From Naegleria gruberi (lineage: Eukaryota), in NCBI GenBank assembly GCA_000004985.1, contig GG738914.1: a stretch of 64,000 nt of DNA. One strand, 5' to 3'. Shown here piece after piece: positions 27,670-39,366 of the stretch. Made by a program: the position numbers and the translations under genes. Below the pieces are notes generated by a model. That model did not search any database, was not told the DNA's origin, and saw only the letters and a program-made list of their open reading frames with translations. How positions within the stretch are numbered: position 1 is the stretch's first letter; each line of letters opens with the position of its first letter.

Positions 27670-30579
27670 ATGTATGGAAATAACAAGAGGAAAAGAAAGT
27701 CATCATCCAAAACGGAGTGGTATGAAGGAGTATCATCATCCGATAGAATTGCATTGGTCAATTTTATTGTAGAATTGATTCCTGGAAGTTTGGAAGTAGT
27801 GAGAAAAAAGCTTGGTGATTTGATGGTGCAATCAAAAACACTAGATGATTTTGCTCAATCAGTTGCTGAATTTGTTCGACAACGAGCAAGAACCTATTCA
27901 GTTGACTATATAAAGGGGATGGTATTGGATAAGTTGGGTTTTAATTCACTATTTCTCACAGAGGAAATTCCTCTCCTTCCTTCACTTCCTTTAACAACAA
28001 TTCAACATAATTTGCTTCAACAACTGCCATCTCTACCTCCTCCTCTCTCTATACCAAATTCACTTTTTGATTTGAGTTCGGATCCATTGGATCTTTTACC
28101 AGGTACAATTACAACACCTTCTCCAAACAGTAATACTGTTAGACAAATGCCAAATAGAAGAATACCTTCACGTGGTATTGGCACTTCAGCACTTTCTATG
28201 TCTTCCTATACATCTTTCCCTGATCTCCCTCCTTCCAATCAAAACAGTGGATTGGTTGTTCGAGGTAATGAATTTAATTCACTGTTATTTGAAAATTTTG
28301 TGGAGAGAAACAAAAGAGTATCACAAGCTGTTAATGTACCTGGAATGAATATTGAAGAGCTAATGGAACAATATAGACATTGTACCAAGCTAGCCAAATT
28401 GTGGATAGTGCAAGATTTGATAACAAGAAATGAACTATCTCTAGTTTGTGGAGATGAATGGAAAGATTCTATTCTACTTTCCAATCTTCCATTTGATTTA
28501 AAGTGTGAGATTATCACATTTATTCCGACTGAAAGTTTTACTAACTGTTGGTGGATTCAATATTTGAGATTAAGAATTATTTCAAAATCAATGAAATCTA
28601 GGCTTGAAGAGACTCTCTTTTCAAGAATGACAAATGAAGGAATTGATCTCAGTGTTGTTATGAGTTCCCAACTCTCTAATTTTACTATCAAAGGAATACT
28701 TTCTCTATTATCCACACATGCAGAGTACGTAAGACAGGGTAATCAGTTTAGTGGTGATTTTTTAATTCCTAAAGGAGTCCCTGAAGAAGCAGATACCGAT
28801 ACATTCCAACTATTATCAAAAAAGGGTCTACTAAGCATGCCCAAATTTAATGGGAATACTTTTCGTTCAAAATTAGAGGAAAATCAATCGATTGATTATT
28901 CAAAATCATTCGATCACGATTATATGGAAACTTTGGTAACTATGGCTGCTAAAGAAGATAATACATCCTATAATCCATTTCAACAACATGTTGCTGCAAT
29001 CAATGATATTACAACAAAACAAAATGGTTTAGTGATGCAGTTGCAAACAGCTTTTCGTCAACCCGAACAAGAATTTACGAGTTTGGAAATTAATAATCCC
29101 TTTATCAAATCTCTTACTATTTCCTTAAATAGAACAAGAAACAATTTTATTACTGACATTTTGACTAATCTTGAGGAGTTGACTATAATAGTTGCACTTA
29201 CCGATTTTACTTATCCATTTTCACAACTCTTGAATAATATCAATCATCTCAAGCTAAAGAAATTGAATATTGTTTGCTACGATCATCTTCCAACAACATT
29301 GTTTCACAGCATTGAAGGTAGATTAGATTTATTAGATTTTGGAGGAACAATTTCTCTTTACGCTGATATTGACGAAGGTTTAATACACACAGCATCTTTG
29401 AGCAACCTACCAATTACTATTTTATTGGGAGATAAGATAATCAAATCAACACTCGATTTCAAAAATTTGACATTTAGTTTTCATCCAATTCGAGACTTTA
29501 ATGTTACAAAATATATTTTTGAAAAGGGATGGTATAGGAAAATAGATCACTCCATAACACGTATAGCACCCTTGTTTACGTCTATTGAAAATAATAAGAA
29601 AAGCACTTTTCCTTTTAGTTGGTTTAACGCTGACCAGATTAAGGAATTATTGAAATACTTTGTTTATGGTAACCAATTTCCTTGGTATGAAACTCCCTCA
29701 AACCAATTAGATGAATCTATTATACAATATTATTTACACATGTTGAATGTTAACCAAAAGCGATTAAGATACTCGGAACCTAAAGACTGCAGCGCAAAGA
29801 TCTTGAATATGATAGTTTGGGGTTATGATATTAGCCTATGTCCTGAACTAATTCTCACCAATTGTACTAATTTTGGAAATATTGGACGGAGACTTGTAAT
29901 TGAAAAATTGAAACTAAATCCAAATTATATTAATGTAGACAAAATCAGGGCTTTAATGCAATCCACGAAATCAAATACTAATGCCTTGTATTGTATTGTA
30001 CAACTTATTCCTTATATTCAAAACAATAATCAAATATTTGAAAGTTATTTACTGAATGGTAAGAAGACAAATGCTCTACTTTCTATTATTTTCCAACCAA
30101 CCATGCTTGCAGAATATGTGTTTGATAATTTTGTTAGTATCTCCAATATTGAGAGTGATGTGGAAGTATCTGGACTAAATATTTCCATGTTTAGTGTTAT
30201 ATTATCTTCACCACTCCCTAATAGACTAGTTTTAAAATTAGCAACAAGTAATCCAAAACTACTCGTTCGAAGAAATAGTGATGGTAATATTCCACTCCAC
30301 TATTGTTTCGGCTCACCTAAACGATATGTACTAATCAAGCCTTTCCTTGAATTAGCTCCAGACACCCTTGATTATGAAGATAAAAATGGCTACAAACCTT
30401 ATCATCTCATTCCAGAATGTTTGGAGGTTCAAGGTCCAAGACATCAAACTGGGATTGATTTGGGAATGGATTTTTTCCAAACTTTCATTCTTCCTGATGT
30501 TGTTAAAGATAGATTAAAGGAAGAATATGAAGCTCAACATGGTTTCCGACTGACCAACCACAAATTTGTGAATAACTGA
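27670..30579 (+). CDS. large hypothetical protein (969 aa), possible degenerate ankyrin-like repeats near the C-terminus
   Basis: aaaaaaaATG start, one long open frame, no confidently recognisable domain. Confidence 0.65.
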   Translation: MYGNNKRKRKSSSKTEWYEGVSSSDRIALVNFIVELIPGSLEVVRKKLGDLMVQSKTLDDFAQSVAEFVRQRARTYSVDYIKGMVLDKLGFNSLFLTEEIPLLPSLPLTTIQHNLLQQLPSLPPPLSIPNSLFDLSSDPLDLLPGTITTPSPNSNTVRQMPNRRIPSRGIGTSALSMSSYTSFPDLPPSNQNSGLVVRGNEFNSLLFENFVERNKRVSQAVNVPGMNIEELMEQYRHCTKLAKLWIVQDLITRNELSLVCGDEWKDSILLSNLPFDLKCEIITFIPTESFTNCWWIQYLRLRIISKSMKSRLEETLFSRMTNEGIDLSVVMSSQLSNFTIKGILSLLSTHAEYVRQGNQFSGDFLIPKGVPEEADTDTFQLLSKKGLLSMPKFNGNTFRSKLEENQSIDYSKSFDHDYMETLVTMAAKEDNTSYNPFQQHVAAINDITTKQNGLVMQLQTAFRQPEQEFTSLEINNPFIKSLTISLNRTRNNFITDILTNLEELTIIVALTDFTYPFSQLLNNINHLKLKKLNIVCYDHLPTTLFHSIEGRLDLLDFGGTISLYADIDEGLIHTASLSNLPITILLGDKIIKSTLDFKNLTFSFHPIRDFNVTKYIFEKGWYRKIDHSITRIAPLFTSIENNKKSTFPFSWFNADQIKELLKYFVYGNQFPWYETPSNQLDESIIQYYLHMLNVNQKRLRYSEPKDCSAKILNMIVWGYDISLCPELILTNCTNFGNIGRRLVIEKLKLNPNYINVDKIRALMQSTKSNTNALYCIVQLIPYIQNNNQIFESYLLNGKKTNALLSIIFQPTMLAEYVFDNFVSISNIESDVEVSGLNISMFSVILSSPLPNRLVLKLATSNPKLLVRRNSDGNIPLHYCFGSPKRYVLIKPFLELAPDTLDYEDKNGYKPYHLIPECLEVQGPRHQTGIDLGMDFFQTFILPDVVKDRLKEEYEAQHGFRLTNHKFVNN

Positions 30580-30631
30580 TATTTCAACCAAACTAGGATT
30601 ACTTGGATCCAATAAAGGTAGTTCCAGTTTA

Positions 30632-31257
30632 TTAAAACTTCCAATCTCTTTCACTGGCTGGATTGGCTGGTTCGTAACCGGCCAGAACAGCTCTGTAATT
30701 AGGACCTTTAGATTTAATAATTTCAGAGATTTCTCTCTCCTCCAATTCCTTCAAACTCAATCCTTCAATATTGAATGGACAAAGATCACAATCTCCTCTA
30801 TTGAGAGGATGATCAGCCTTCTCGTAAATGTTGGCATCCTTCCTACAATAAAACGATCTATCAAATAATCTCAATAAAAAGTGATCAAAACGACCATCAC
30901 TATCTTCGTGAAAGTATGATGGATTGATATTCTCAATTTTCAAGAAGAAATTATCCAAATCCGAGTGAGTATGAAAGGTAATATGTTCAGTGTTAGGGAA
31001 TTCATTCTGGAGAAATTGTGAAGTGAATGTTAACCTCATATCTGTAAATCCAATCAATTCAATTCTTTCCAAAAACTTGGTTATACTACCCAATTGCTTA
31101 ATATTCGAGAGGGAACCCAGAGCAGAGAGAATATCCACAACAAAATGTTGATGATTACTTTTCTGTAAGTTGAACAATCGAGTACCATTCCACAGACAGC
31201 ACACTTGTGAAATCTTTTTCAAAAATCGGGCAATATTCTTCTCACCTTCCACTTTCA
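30632..31257 (-). CDS. hypothetical protein, exon 2 of 2
   Basis: A 44-nt intron (31258..31301, GTATGT…TTGAATAG) joins to …L-KVEGEKNIARFLKK… There is no ATG at the 5' end of this ORF. The two ORFs abut at 31258 in different frames. Confidence 0.6.
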
Positions 31258-31301
31258 CTATTCAACACAGTTAAAATAATAAATATAGATCAATAACATA
31301 C

Positions 31302-32385
31302 ATAATTGAATGCAATTACATGAAGGACTGGTCTTGTATGGATTAGACAATGAAGGATGAACAATGGAATCTTCTCCCCACTCCAAAAACCAATCACCAA
31401 CCATGAGTCCTGTTCTAAACAGTGTATATGGTCGTAATCTCTTATCTGAGCCCATAGAAAAAACGTGTGAATGACTAAATGGGAATATAACTAACTGAAT
31501 TAAAATAAATGGTTTCGAACCAAAACTCTGAGATCTAGACAATTTCTGTGACGAAGATGTCAATCCACTGAAACTTCTTGTCAATGGTGAAGAGCCAACA
31601 TTATTTACAAAACCTCCCAGACCATTGGTATTATCAGTTATTTCTCGCAAGGCAGAAACAAATCGCTTCTCAACGTCATCCTCCACAAGTTCCTCATTCT
31701 GCACCTTCTTTGCCAATAATCCTCCAATATTCACTCCACTGTGCATTGACTTTTCCAAGCTCATTAAAACAGTTTGATAATTGAAAAAGTAGCAAAACAT
31801 GAAACAATCGGCCAAGATTAATGTATGAGCTAAGAGTTTCTTCTCTTGTGGAACGAGTCCACCACCACCACATGGCTTGATTTTCTTGATACAATTATTG
31901 AGACACAAATTCTCTAAAGGACTCAATCGTGAAGCTTGTGATGGTAAGAAGAGTAACATGTCATTATTCGATTGGTGGACATTAGCAGTTGGAGGAAGTG
32001 AGGAATAAACTTGATGATTACTGGAAGAAGCTCTCTTATTGACCTCGACCAGTGATTGACTTCGAGACGAAAGTGGAGGAAACGCTTGTTCCAATCTTCT
32101 CAAACTCAACTGAAATACCTTAACTGTAAACTCTGAAAAATCGTTAAATAACTCTGGTCTATGTGTCTGTACAATGTGATTCTCATTCAAATTTTCAAAA
32201 CTGCTCTCTGGTAAACTCAAAATTGAAGTAATCTCTGAATTTTTCTGTAAAACAGAAGAAATATCATTATCCGAATCGACTAAACTGCTGTGAAATAAAG
32301 TATTCGATCTAGTTCCAATTGATGAACTTGTCGTTGATTGTACATCATTTTCTCCACTTGTTGCGTTATTGAAAGATCCCATCAT
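31302..32385 (-). CDS. hypothetical protein, exon 1 of 2
   Basis: ATG at 32385 (MMGSFNNATSGEND…). The frame ends …CNCIQL-T|GTATGT (phase 1). Confidence 0.6.
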
Positions 32386-33404
32386 GTAATCTTGATCAAG
32401 TTTCAGTTGATCAAGTCGTTGTTCTATAATAATTGCCTCAGAAACAGGTACCCTAATAGAAGTTAAATCCTAATATTAATTTTTTTTTCAAAAATCATTA
32501 CACGTTCATCATTTTTTACAATAAATATTAAATAGTATTAAATAACAAAATAGTAAAATAATATTAAATATCAATATTCATGATGAATACAAAAATTAAA
32601 AACACCAAATAGATAGACTATAACCTACACTTCTAGAAAAACACATCAGTGACCTTCCGTCCCATTCTTCTTGTTTTAATTTTTCAATAGTTGCCGTGCT
32701 CACTCCTTCCAGCGATTGTAACCACTTGACAAATAAATCCACATCCCAATCCTTGATGGCTATTATACTCGGATCGTATTCTGCTTCGAATTGCGAACGT
32801 GCAGCTGAATTTTAATATAGTTTCGAATAGTTTCGTATAAGTTTAGTGTAATTTCGAATAGGAAGAAAAATGAAATACATTAAAATTCAATGTTTCATGT
32901 TTCCAACAAGAAGATATTTTTGTAATTTGTAATATTATTCGAATGATGATGACAAACAGTAAATGCCAAGTGATGTTTAGTGTGGCTTACCTTTGCTCTT
33001 CACTTTGAAAATGCGTTTCAGGAATGACATTTTTTTCTGCAGCACTTGACAGCAATTGTTTTTTATTATTCGGAGTATCCAACCAATTAAATTTTTTTAT
33101 TCGAAACCGCTGTGATTATCCTAATGACCACAAGCGTACTGAAGGAAGTTAAACCCAAATAAAATTTTTGACATGCTAAAAAGCCCGTGTGAGTGCTTTA
33201 AGGGAACATTGAACACAATTTTGAGAAAATTTAAAGAGTTTGTTTTTTTTACAATGCAAATTGAAAAAGTGTTGATGAAAGTATTTACAGTTTTTTTTAA
33301 TTAATTAATTAGTGTTTGCTTTTTCTGAAAAGATGACAGCAAAAATATTGAGCTAAGTGGAAGAGCATTGATTCGTATAGTGTTTGATAGGACGTTCCAC
33401 AAGA

Positions 33405-33896
33405 TTAGACGAATAACCATCGTTTGACTTTTCTCTTGTAATTTACAAATTCCTGTCCAAACAATTCCTGTAAAAATCGTTCTTCTGGTTCTATCTGAAA
33501 CTTGTTTAAATACCACACAAAGAATGGAAGAAACACAACCATCACCATCCAATCCATCAAGAACAATGACCATCCAAACAGACATGCCAAAAATCCCACA
33601 TACATTGGATTTCTCGTCCAACGATAGACTCCACCCTGAACTAAACTCGAAGTTTTCTCAGGAGTCATTGGATTGACCGTAGTTTTCATTTTGGAAAATT
33701 CATATTTTCCCGCCAATGCAATTCCCGCGCCAATCATTAATGATGAAGCAAATAATAACAATCTCATCACGAATGAATTATCATCGGACGAACAGAGAGA
33801 GAATGCATTCCGAGTCATGATATTGAATAAATACATAGCTAGCATGCAGAGGAAAGTAAATAGTACGGGTGGAACTTTAAGTTCTAATGAAGACAT
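33405..33896 (-). CDS. isoprenylcysteine carboxyl methyltransferase (ICMT) / phospholipid methyltransferase family membrane protein
   Basis: aaaaaaaaATG start. Multi-helix hydrophobic protein with the family signature …GVYRWTRNPMYVGFLACLFGWSL…EERFLQELFGQEFVNYKRKVKRW. Confidence 0.8.
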   Translation of the reverse strand: MSSLELKVPPVLFTFLCMLAMYLFNIMTRNAFSLCSSDDNSFVMRLLLFASSLMIGAGIALAGKYEFSKMKTTVNPMTPEKTSSLVQGGVYRWTRNPMYVGFLACLFGWSLFLMDWMVMVVFLPFFVWYLNKFQIEPEERFLQELFGQEFVNYKRKVKRWLFV

Positions 33897-34910
33897 TTTT
33901 TTTTGATTTGTTTTTTAGCAAGTTTTGGAATTAAGATTTGGAGCTTAAATGGTGAAAAAATTGGCGCGTAGTTTTTAATTGGTGAAAATTTGGGTAAGGA
34001 TAATATTTTCTCAGAGGAAGATATTAATAGTTTATGTGAGGATGGTGAATAATTAGTTTACAATGAGAAGGTGAGGATTGACTGAATGGAGTTGGCTCAA
34101 GCCTAAAAAAGATGTGGATTAGAATAGTAGAAAGATATGGAGCTATTCGAAAGTGAATATTTGATAGAGTGGAAATATAAGGAAGGAGGCAAACATGTGA
34201 GAGAAGAGATTTCAACTCTTGAAAAATAGATATCTGATATTAAATTCGTGGTGTGTTATCCTAAACTGATACGATTTCGGTTTAACTTTCTAATCTCTGG
34301 AAAGTTAACTCAATTTTTGGGCATTTTCAAACCAACATCATTGTCTAAATATATTAAAATGAAAATTGTCACTATTCATCCATTAATAAGCAAAGAATAA
34401 TTCGATTTGGTTATCCTAAAGTTTATTAGAAAGCCATTGTCTTTATTAAGGAATTTTCACAATCAATGTTTATGTGAAAAAACATCAATATTGGTCAAAT
34501 TTTTCAGTATCACCCTCTATTAAATCCAAAAACTCAATCATCAAACCATTATTCGAATCGCACTCGTTATTCGAAACCAAAGAGATAGATCTGTATTTGT
34601 AAAACTGACACTTGTTGACATACAACTGACTCTCAAACCGCTCATTTTACACTTTCGACCATAACACAATCCTCACTTTCGTATAAAAACTCCCACTCAA
34701 TTTTACATTTGAAAAAAAACATTCAACATACAAAAAGTGTAAAAATTTGGCGCCAATTATTCTCAAGCCAATTACAACTCGAAAAAAAAACCTCAAACAA
34801 CAAACTTGCGCCAAACCTTTGCAAATTTTTCTCTTCTCCAAACAAACAACAACAACAAGAACAATTTTGATTCATTGATCAACTAGAACAACCAGAACAA
34901 TATCCGAAAA

Positions 34911-35201
34911 ATGTCCAATCAATTACAAGAATTTGTTAGAATTAGAAGTGAATTCAATGATTTACGTGCTACACAACTTGCCCGAGGACAATCCATGCCA
35001 GTGAGCAATAATAATTCCGTTGCTTCTGCTGCTTCAGCTCAAATTATTCAACAAAATAATCAAAAGGCTAATTTGGCTAGAATTAACAATGATTTGAGAG
35101 CTTTGAGAGGAAGTGCTTTGGTTAGGAATGATAATGCCTCTTTGATTGTGGATACAATGGCTTCTCAATTGATGAATCAAGTCAGTGCCATGAATCAATA
35201 A
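34911..35201 (+). CDS. small hypothetical Asn/Gln/Ala-rich protein (96 aa)
   Basis: aaaaATG start, short open frame, no domain. Could be non-coding. Confidence 0.3.
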   Translation: MSNQLQEFVRIRSEFNDLRATQLARGQSMPVSNNNSVASAASAQIIQQNNQKANLARINNDLRALRGSALVRNDNASLIVDTMASQLMNQVSAMNQ

Positions 35202-35595
35202 GAGAAGGAAGATATTTTCAACCTTGTTTCGAATCTAAAGGTGTGAAATCCAAATAATGTATAGTATAGCCCGAGAATGTAAATAATAATAACCAAACAA
35301 TATTCCATTAATTGAAATGATAATTTATAAAACTTAAATTCTAACGAACTTGTTTCTTCAATGAGTAGTGTACATTCTGTGATTTGAGGAATACTCAAAA
35401 AAGGACAACACCTTAGAACTGATTCATTGAATTTATCTGAAACAAACTTTCGAATACGAATTCTTTTGACAAAACTCAAGCCATCCATTTTCGTATGAAA
35501 CATGACATGCTTTCCGTTACACAATATTAATTCAAAAATCGAGCCGTTTCGTTAAAAAAAATCATCACTTTCGAATAAAAATCAATTAAAAAAAA

Positions 35596-37236
35596 ATGGA
35601 CTTCTTCAGATCACTCAAAAAGCGTAAAATCAACCCAGCAAGTCCACAACAACCAACAACAACAACGGACAACACCAGTGAAGAACCTTCACAACAACAC
35701 GAACCTACCGGAGGTTTCTTCTACAATCTCTTCTTTGGCAACTCTTCGAATAATAATTATTCGAAACCTACCAATAAGAAACGTGTCAATCACGATGAAG
35801 AAGAACAATACGAAAGCGATGATGATTACGAGGAACAGGAAAACCAAGGAAATTCTCGTGTACTTCATCGATCCACTCAACCAAAGAAGAGAATTCATTC
35901 GAAATATCCAGAAATTAAGAAACATCGAGACGAAATTCAGAAAATGAAGAATTCGATACAATCACTCACTGATAAACATGTGGAAGGGGTTTCTGCAGCT
36001 CATGTGAACATGTCCATGCTTACCAATACTGCTCTCACACCAAGAAAGATTTCAGACGAAAGTGAAGAACATTCGAAAGGTTATCCTAAAACTCCAAACA
36101 CACCAGCTTCAGCCAGAAAGAAGAAATCTCTCCTCAGTTCGATATTCTCCTTCAGTTCTGCAGCTAATTCTGATTCTCCACCACCTTTGCCTTCAACACC
36201 AAGCTCAGCAACAACTCCACAAGTTTCGAATTCCATGATTAATGTGAAAATAACCGAATTGAAACAAGACGATTTGCAGAGAATTAAGAATTCATATCGT
36301 TCTCCACTCTACACTCGAACTCCACCAAGAAGGGAAATGCAAAATCATGCCACAACTTTGGACGAAACTTTAGCCAAGAGAAAGAGTGTTGGTTATGGAA
36401 ATCAACAAATTGTTTCTCAAATTAATAATCAAACAAGTGAAATGCCACCTGCTGGATGTAGAAATAGTTTCGATTGTGAAAGTTCAGTTTCTGTTCAAAC
36501 AAGAAAGAGCCAAGGCGGACAATTCCAAACTAATCTTGCAAGAGAAGCTTCCAGTTCGTCTGGTTTCTCCAACTTTAGTGATTCTTCGAATAGTTTCAAT
36601 ACCATGAGTAGCATCTCTCAAACACCTCAAGTTCCTAGTTTCCAATATTTAACTCAACCAACCAGACCTTTCGTATTTAATTTAAATTTATTGAAAGGTC
36701 AATCGATTAAGAATTCTGGAAATGGTTTTAAAGAAAATTCCAATGTTTATGCTGTGATCGAAGTTGGAAATTACAGAAAAACCTCACGAGTTGTGATGAA
36801 TAGTTCAAATCCAGTGTGGAATCAACAATTTCAGTTTATTCTGCCAACTTTCTATCATCCTTTCGTCCAAGATTTGAAGGAAATGCATGATGCCAATACT
36901 GAACCAATTAATAATGTGGTAACGATTCGATTGTATGATCATGATGAAATTTTCGAACATGAATTCCTTGGAAAGGTTGAGTTTAAACTGGACGAATTGT
37001 TTGTGCAATGTTGTCAAGATTCGGGTAAAGTTCATGAAAAAACAGGTCAATTGATAATGAAGAGATCGAAAACCTTCAAGCAAATGATGAATTTATTTGG
37101 AGTTGAAACTGGTCAATTGGAAATTCAATTTCGTGTAGAGTATCATCCAAGAAAGGAAGAAGTTTCTTCTCATGTTTCGAATGGTGTTGCTTCATCATCT
37201 GCTAACAAATCAAATGTTGTTTATTGCTTCTTTTAA
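35596..37236 (+). CDS. C2 domain-containing protein with a long Ser/Thr/Pro-rich N-terminal region
   Basis: aaaaaaATG start. C-terminal …NVYAVIEVGNYRKTSRVVMNSSNPVWNQQFQFIL…VTIRLYDHDEIFEHEFLGKVEFKLDEL is a typical C2 beta-sandwich. Confidence 0.8.
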   Translation: MDFFRSLKKRKINPASPQQPTTTTDNTSEEPSQQHEPTGGFFYNLFFGNSSNNNYSKPTNKKRVNHDEEEQYESDDDYEEQENQGNSRVLHRSTQPKKRIHSKYPEIKKHRDEIQKMKNSIQSLTDKHVEGVSAAHVNMSMLTNTALTPRKISDESEEHSKGYPKTPNTPASARKKKSLLSSIFSFSSAANSDSPPPLPSTPSSATTPQVSNSMINVKITELKQDDLQRIKNSYRSPLYTRTPPRREMQNHATTLDETLAKRKSVGYGNQQIVSQINNQTSEMPPAGCRNSFDCESSVSVQTRKSQGGQFQTNLAREASSSSGFSNFSDSSNSFNTMSSISQTPQVPSFQYLTQPTRPFVFNLNLLKGQSIKNSGNGFKENSNVYAVIEVGNYRKTSRVVMNSSNPVWNQQFQFILPTFYHPFVQDLKEMHDANTEPINNVVTIRLYDHDEIFEHEFLGKVEFKLDELFVQCCQDSGKVHEKTGQLIMKRSKTFKQMMNLFGVETGQLEIQFRVEYHPRKEEVSSHVSNGVASSSANKSNVVYCFF

Positions 37237-37384
37237 TTAGGAAGGCAATGTTTAATAACAATTTGAATAAATTCTCACAAAATATTATATTAAAAAAAGA
37301 TTATTCTGAATTGTTTGTCATTGCTGATTCGAAATTTCTTGAAAAACTAACAATTATGGCAATTTAATGTAATTCATTTTAACA

Positions 37385-37469
37385 GGTGGGTTGGTCGAGT
37401 GGTCTAAGACGACACTAAGTATTATAACCGTGTTCCGAAAGGGCGTGGGTTCAAATCCCGCACTCATCA
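37385..37469 (+). tRNA. tRNA-Leu: type II (long variable arm) tRNA, Leu-like, with a short intron. The anticodon stem is imperfect and the anticodon is uncertain (possibly AAG). It could be a pseudogene.
   Basis: GGTGGGTTGGTCGAGTGGTCTAAGACG…GGGCGTGGGTTCAAATCCCGCACTCATCA. The acceptor stem, D arm (A box), variable arm and T arm (B box) are good. Compared with the copy at 38054, the anticodon arm lacks one G, so 31:39 cannot pair. A T-run follows. Confidence 0.6.
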
Positions 37470-37626
37470 AATTTTGTTGATTTTATTGTATTCTATCTAT
37501 TCAAGAAATGAATGTTATTTCTACACATATCAGGATTTGTAGACAACTACTTGGCTTGCCAACACAATCTCAAACAATTCATGAATAGTTTTTCAAATTC
37601 ATTGAAATCAGAAATTTGATATGAAA

Positions 37627-37693
37627 CGAGAAGGAGATCTATTCGGAGAGTCTGTCTTTCTTCTTGTTTCACAAGGTGATGCATTTGCATTCA
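37627..37693 (-). repeat. ~65-nt segment about 90% identical to part of the coding region of the Ser/His-rich gene at 44464..44530
   Basis: GAGAAGGAGATCTATTCGGAGAGTCTGTCTTTCTTCTTGTTTCACAAGGTGATGCA aligns to GAGAAGGAGTTCTATTCGGAGAGTGTGTCTTCCTTACTGTTTCACAAGGTGATGCT. The intergenic copy would translate as ASPCETRRKTDSPNRSPS, compared with ASPCETVRKTHSPNRTPS in the gene. Confidence 0.6.
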
Positions 37694-38053
37694 ACTTGTT
37701 CACAATTCAGTTGCTATAGGTATCTTAGAATTAATTACGGACCAAGAGTGATTTCCTTAATCTCTTTAATTCAAAACACTTCACGCTACGAATACTCGCA
37801 ATAAGCGTCCACAATAAATTAATCACTAAAAGTATTATTATTAAATATGGAGTGGATAGGTAGAATTCAGCCAATTTTTTTTAATTATTAATTTAATATT
37901 TATTAATTTAATATTCATTAATTAGAGTTTGTTTTTTGCCGCGAATAGCATGACATTATCATAATTACGACCCTCACTTTTTTACCCACCCAACCTCCTT
38001 AATTGGTATATAATACTTATGCTAATATTATTTTCGTTTTCAAAATCTCAGAT

Positions 38054-38144
38054 GGTGAGTTGGTCGAGTGGTCTAAGACGACACGTTAAGGTATGATTAA
38101 TACCGTGTTCCGCAAGGGCGTGGGTTCAAATCCCACACTCATCA
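38054..38144 (+). tRNA. tRNA-Leu: tRNA-Leu (anticodon AAG) with an ~11-nt intron 3' of position 37
   Basis: GGTGAGTTGGTCGAGTGGTCTAAGACGACACGTTAAGG[tatgattaata]CCGTGTTCCGCAAGGGCGTGGGTTCAAATCCCACACTCATCA. All stems pair, the variable arm is long, the discriminator is A and a T-run follows. Confidence 0.8.
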
Positions 38145-38248
38145 AATTTTGTTAATAGTAATTATTTTTTAGAATAACAAACTTCACATACTGAATTTTC
38201 ACCTTTGCCTTAGTATTTGAAAGTGTTATTATTAATTAAATACGGAAT

Positions 38249-38536
38249 TTATGTTCTTTTTAGAGTTAATCTTCTTATAATTATCAAATAATTCTTAAAT
38301 TCTGTTTTAACTTGTTCGTCAATCATATCTTTCTCTACAAGAAAATCAAATATTTCCCTCATCTCATCAATAACTAACTCTAAATCTTCATCAATAAACA
38401 CCTCTCTTAATATCGTAACAATATCCAATGAATTCAACATGTTTTTTCCACTATTAAATAAAATTCTTTTCAAAAGAGGAATAAATAAGCTGTTTAAGAG
38501 ACGTGTAAGCAGTTCAGGTATATTAATTGGAAACAA
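38249..38536 (-). CDS. 3' portion of a hypothetical spliced gene, upstream exons unresolved
   Basis: 95-codon frame opening with TTG. The frame stays open upstream without an ATG. Further small open segments and GTATGT motifs lie on the minus strand up to about 38930. Confidence 0.3.
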   Translation of the reverse strand: MFPINIPELLTRLLNSLFIPLLKRILFNSGKNMLNSLDIVTILREVFIDEDLELVIDEMREIFDFLVEKDMIDEQVKTEFKNYLIIIRRLTLKRT

Positions 38537-39366
38537 ACCTTGGTGATATGGATACAGTAGAAAATATAATGCAGATGTTATACTTTATAATCAACTCTAA
38601 CACGTATAAAGCTCTTTCGTAGTTATTGACATATTTACATAAAAATTGAAATGCTATTGTGGCCTCGTTAAAGTTGTAACAAATGGTTCGAGCAGCTCGA
38701 ACGAGAAATTAACTCTGCCAAGTGTTTCAAATTTTCAGAAGAGAGGTGATCATAATCATTGCTCAGTATCGCAAACACTGTAAACTTGTAGTAAATTGAC
38801 TGATAAAGTGAAACTAACATACCATCAAAATATAAATCAATTGTATCTTCATTATTCCCTCTTTCTATTAATTGAGTTGCCTCAGCGACTATCTTTCTTC
38901 TATCAACGACTTCTGTTCACTATGGTCAACAAACCGTAACTCTTCCATTACATGTTTTCATCAAATATTGTTTTTCAAAAAGAAAAAAATAGCTTACCAT
39001 CACCACCATCAAAAATGTTGAACAACCACTACTAATCTTCTTTTACCTGATTTTATCAGGAGGAGAAATGATCATTTGCTTCTGTGTGCTTTTTTTGCAT
39101 TACATTCTTCATCTTGAGAATAGTAATACTCTTTCATCTATAGCATTTCCTCTGTTGAAGAATATTCAGTCAGTAACGTATATCGGAGTGAATGAGCAAT
39201 ATTCAGGCTTCTTTTCAGTTTCTTGCCAGTTCCTCCTTATGATGGTTGTTTTATTCCTCGGTTCTACAGGTCATCCTTTGCGTACTGTTGACTGTGGTAT
39301 TTATCAACAAAGTTGTCAAATTCACCTTTCATCCTTTGAATTTTGTTTTATGGATTGCAATTAAAA

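Noticed and set aside
32800-35600. Recurrent TTCGAATA / TTCGAAAC motifs in several spacers, considered as a shared promoter element
   Set aside because: The motif is short and AT-rich, and in this composition it is expected by chance. I saw no fixed spacing relative to start codons.
39068-39364. 98-aa ORF upstream of the NHL-BTB gene, considered as a 5' exon
   Set aside because: It is in a different frame with no splice pair that joins it. It is hydrophobic and low-complexity without homology, and the downstream gene has its own aaaaATG start at 39367.
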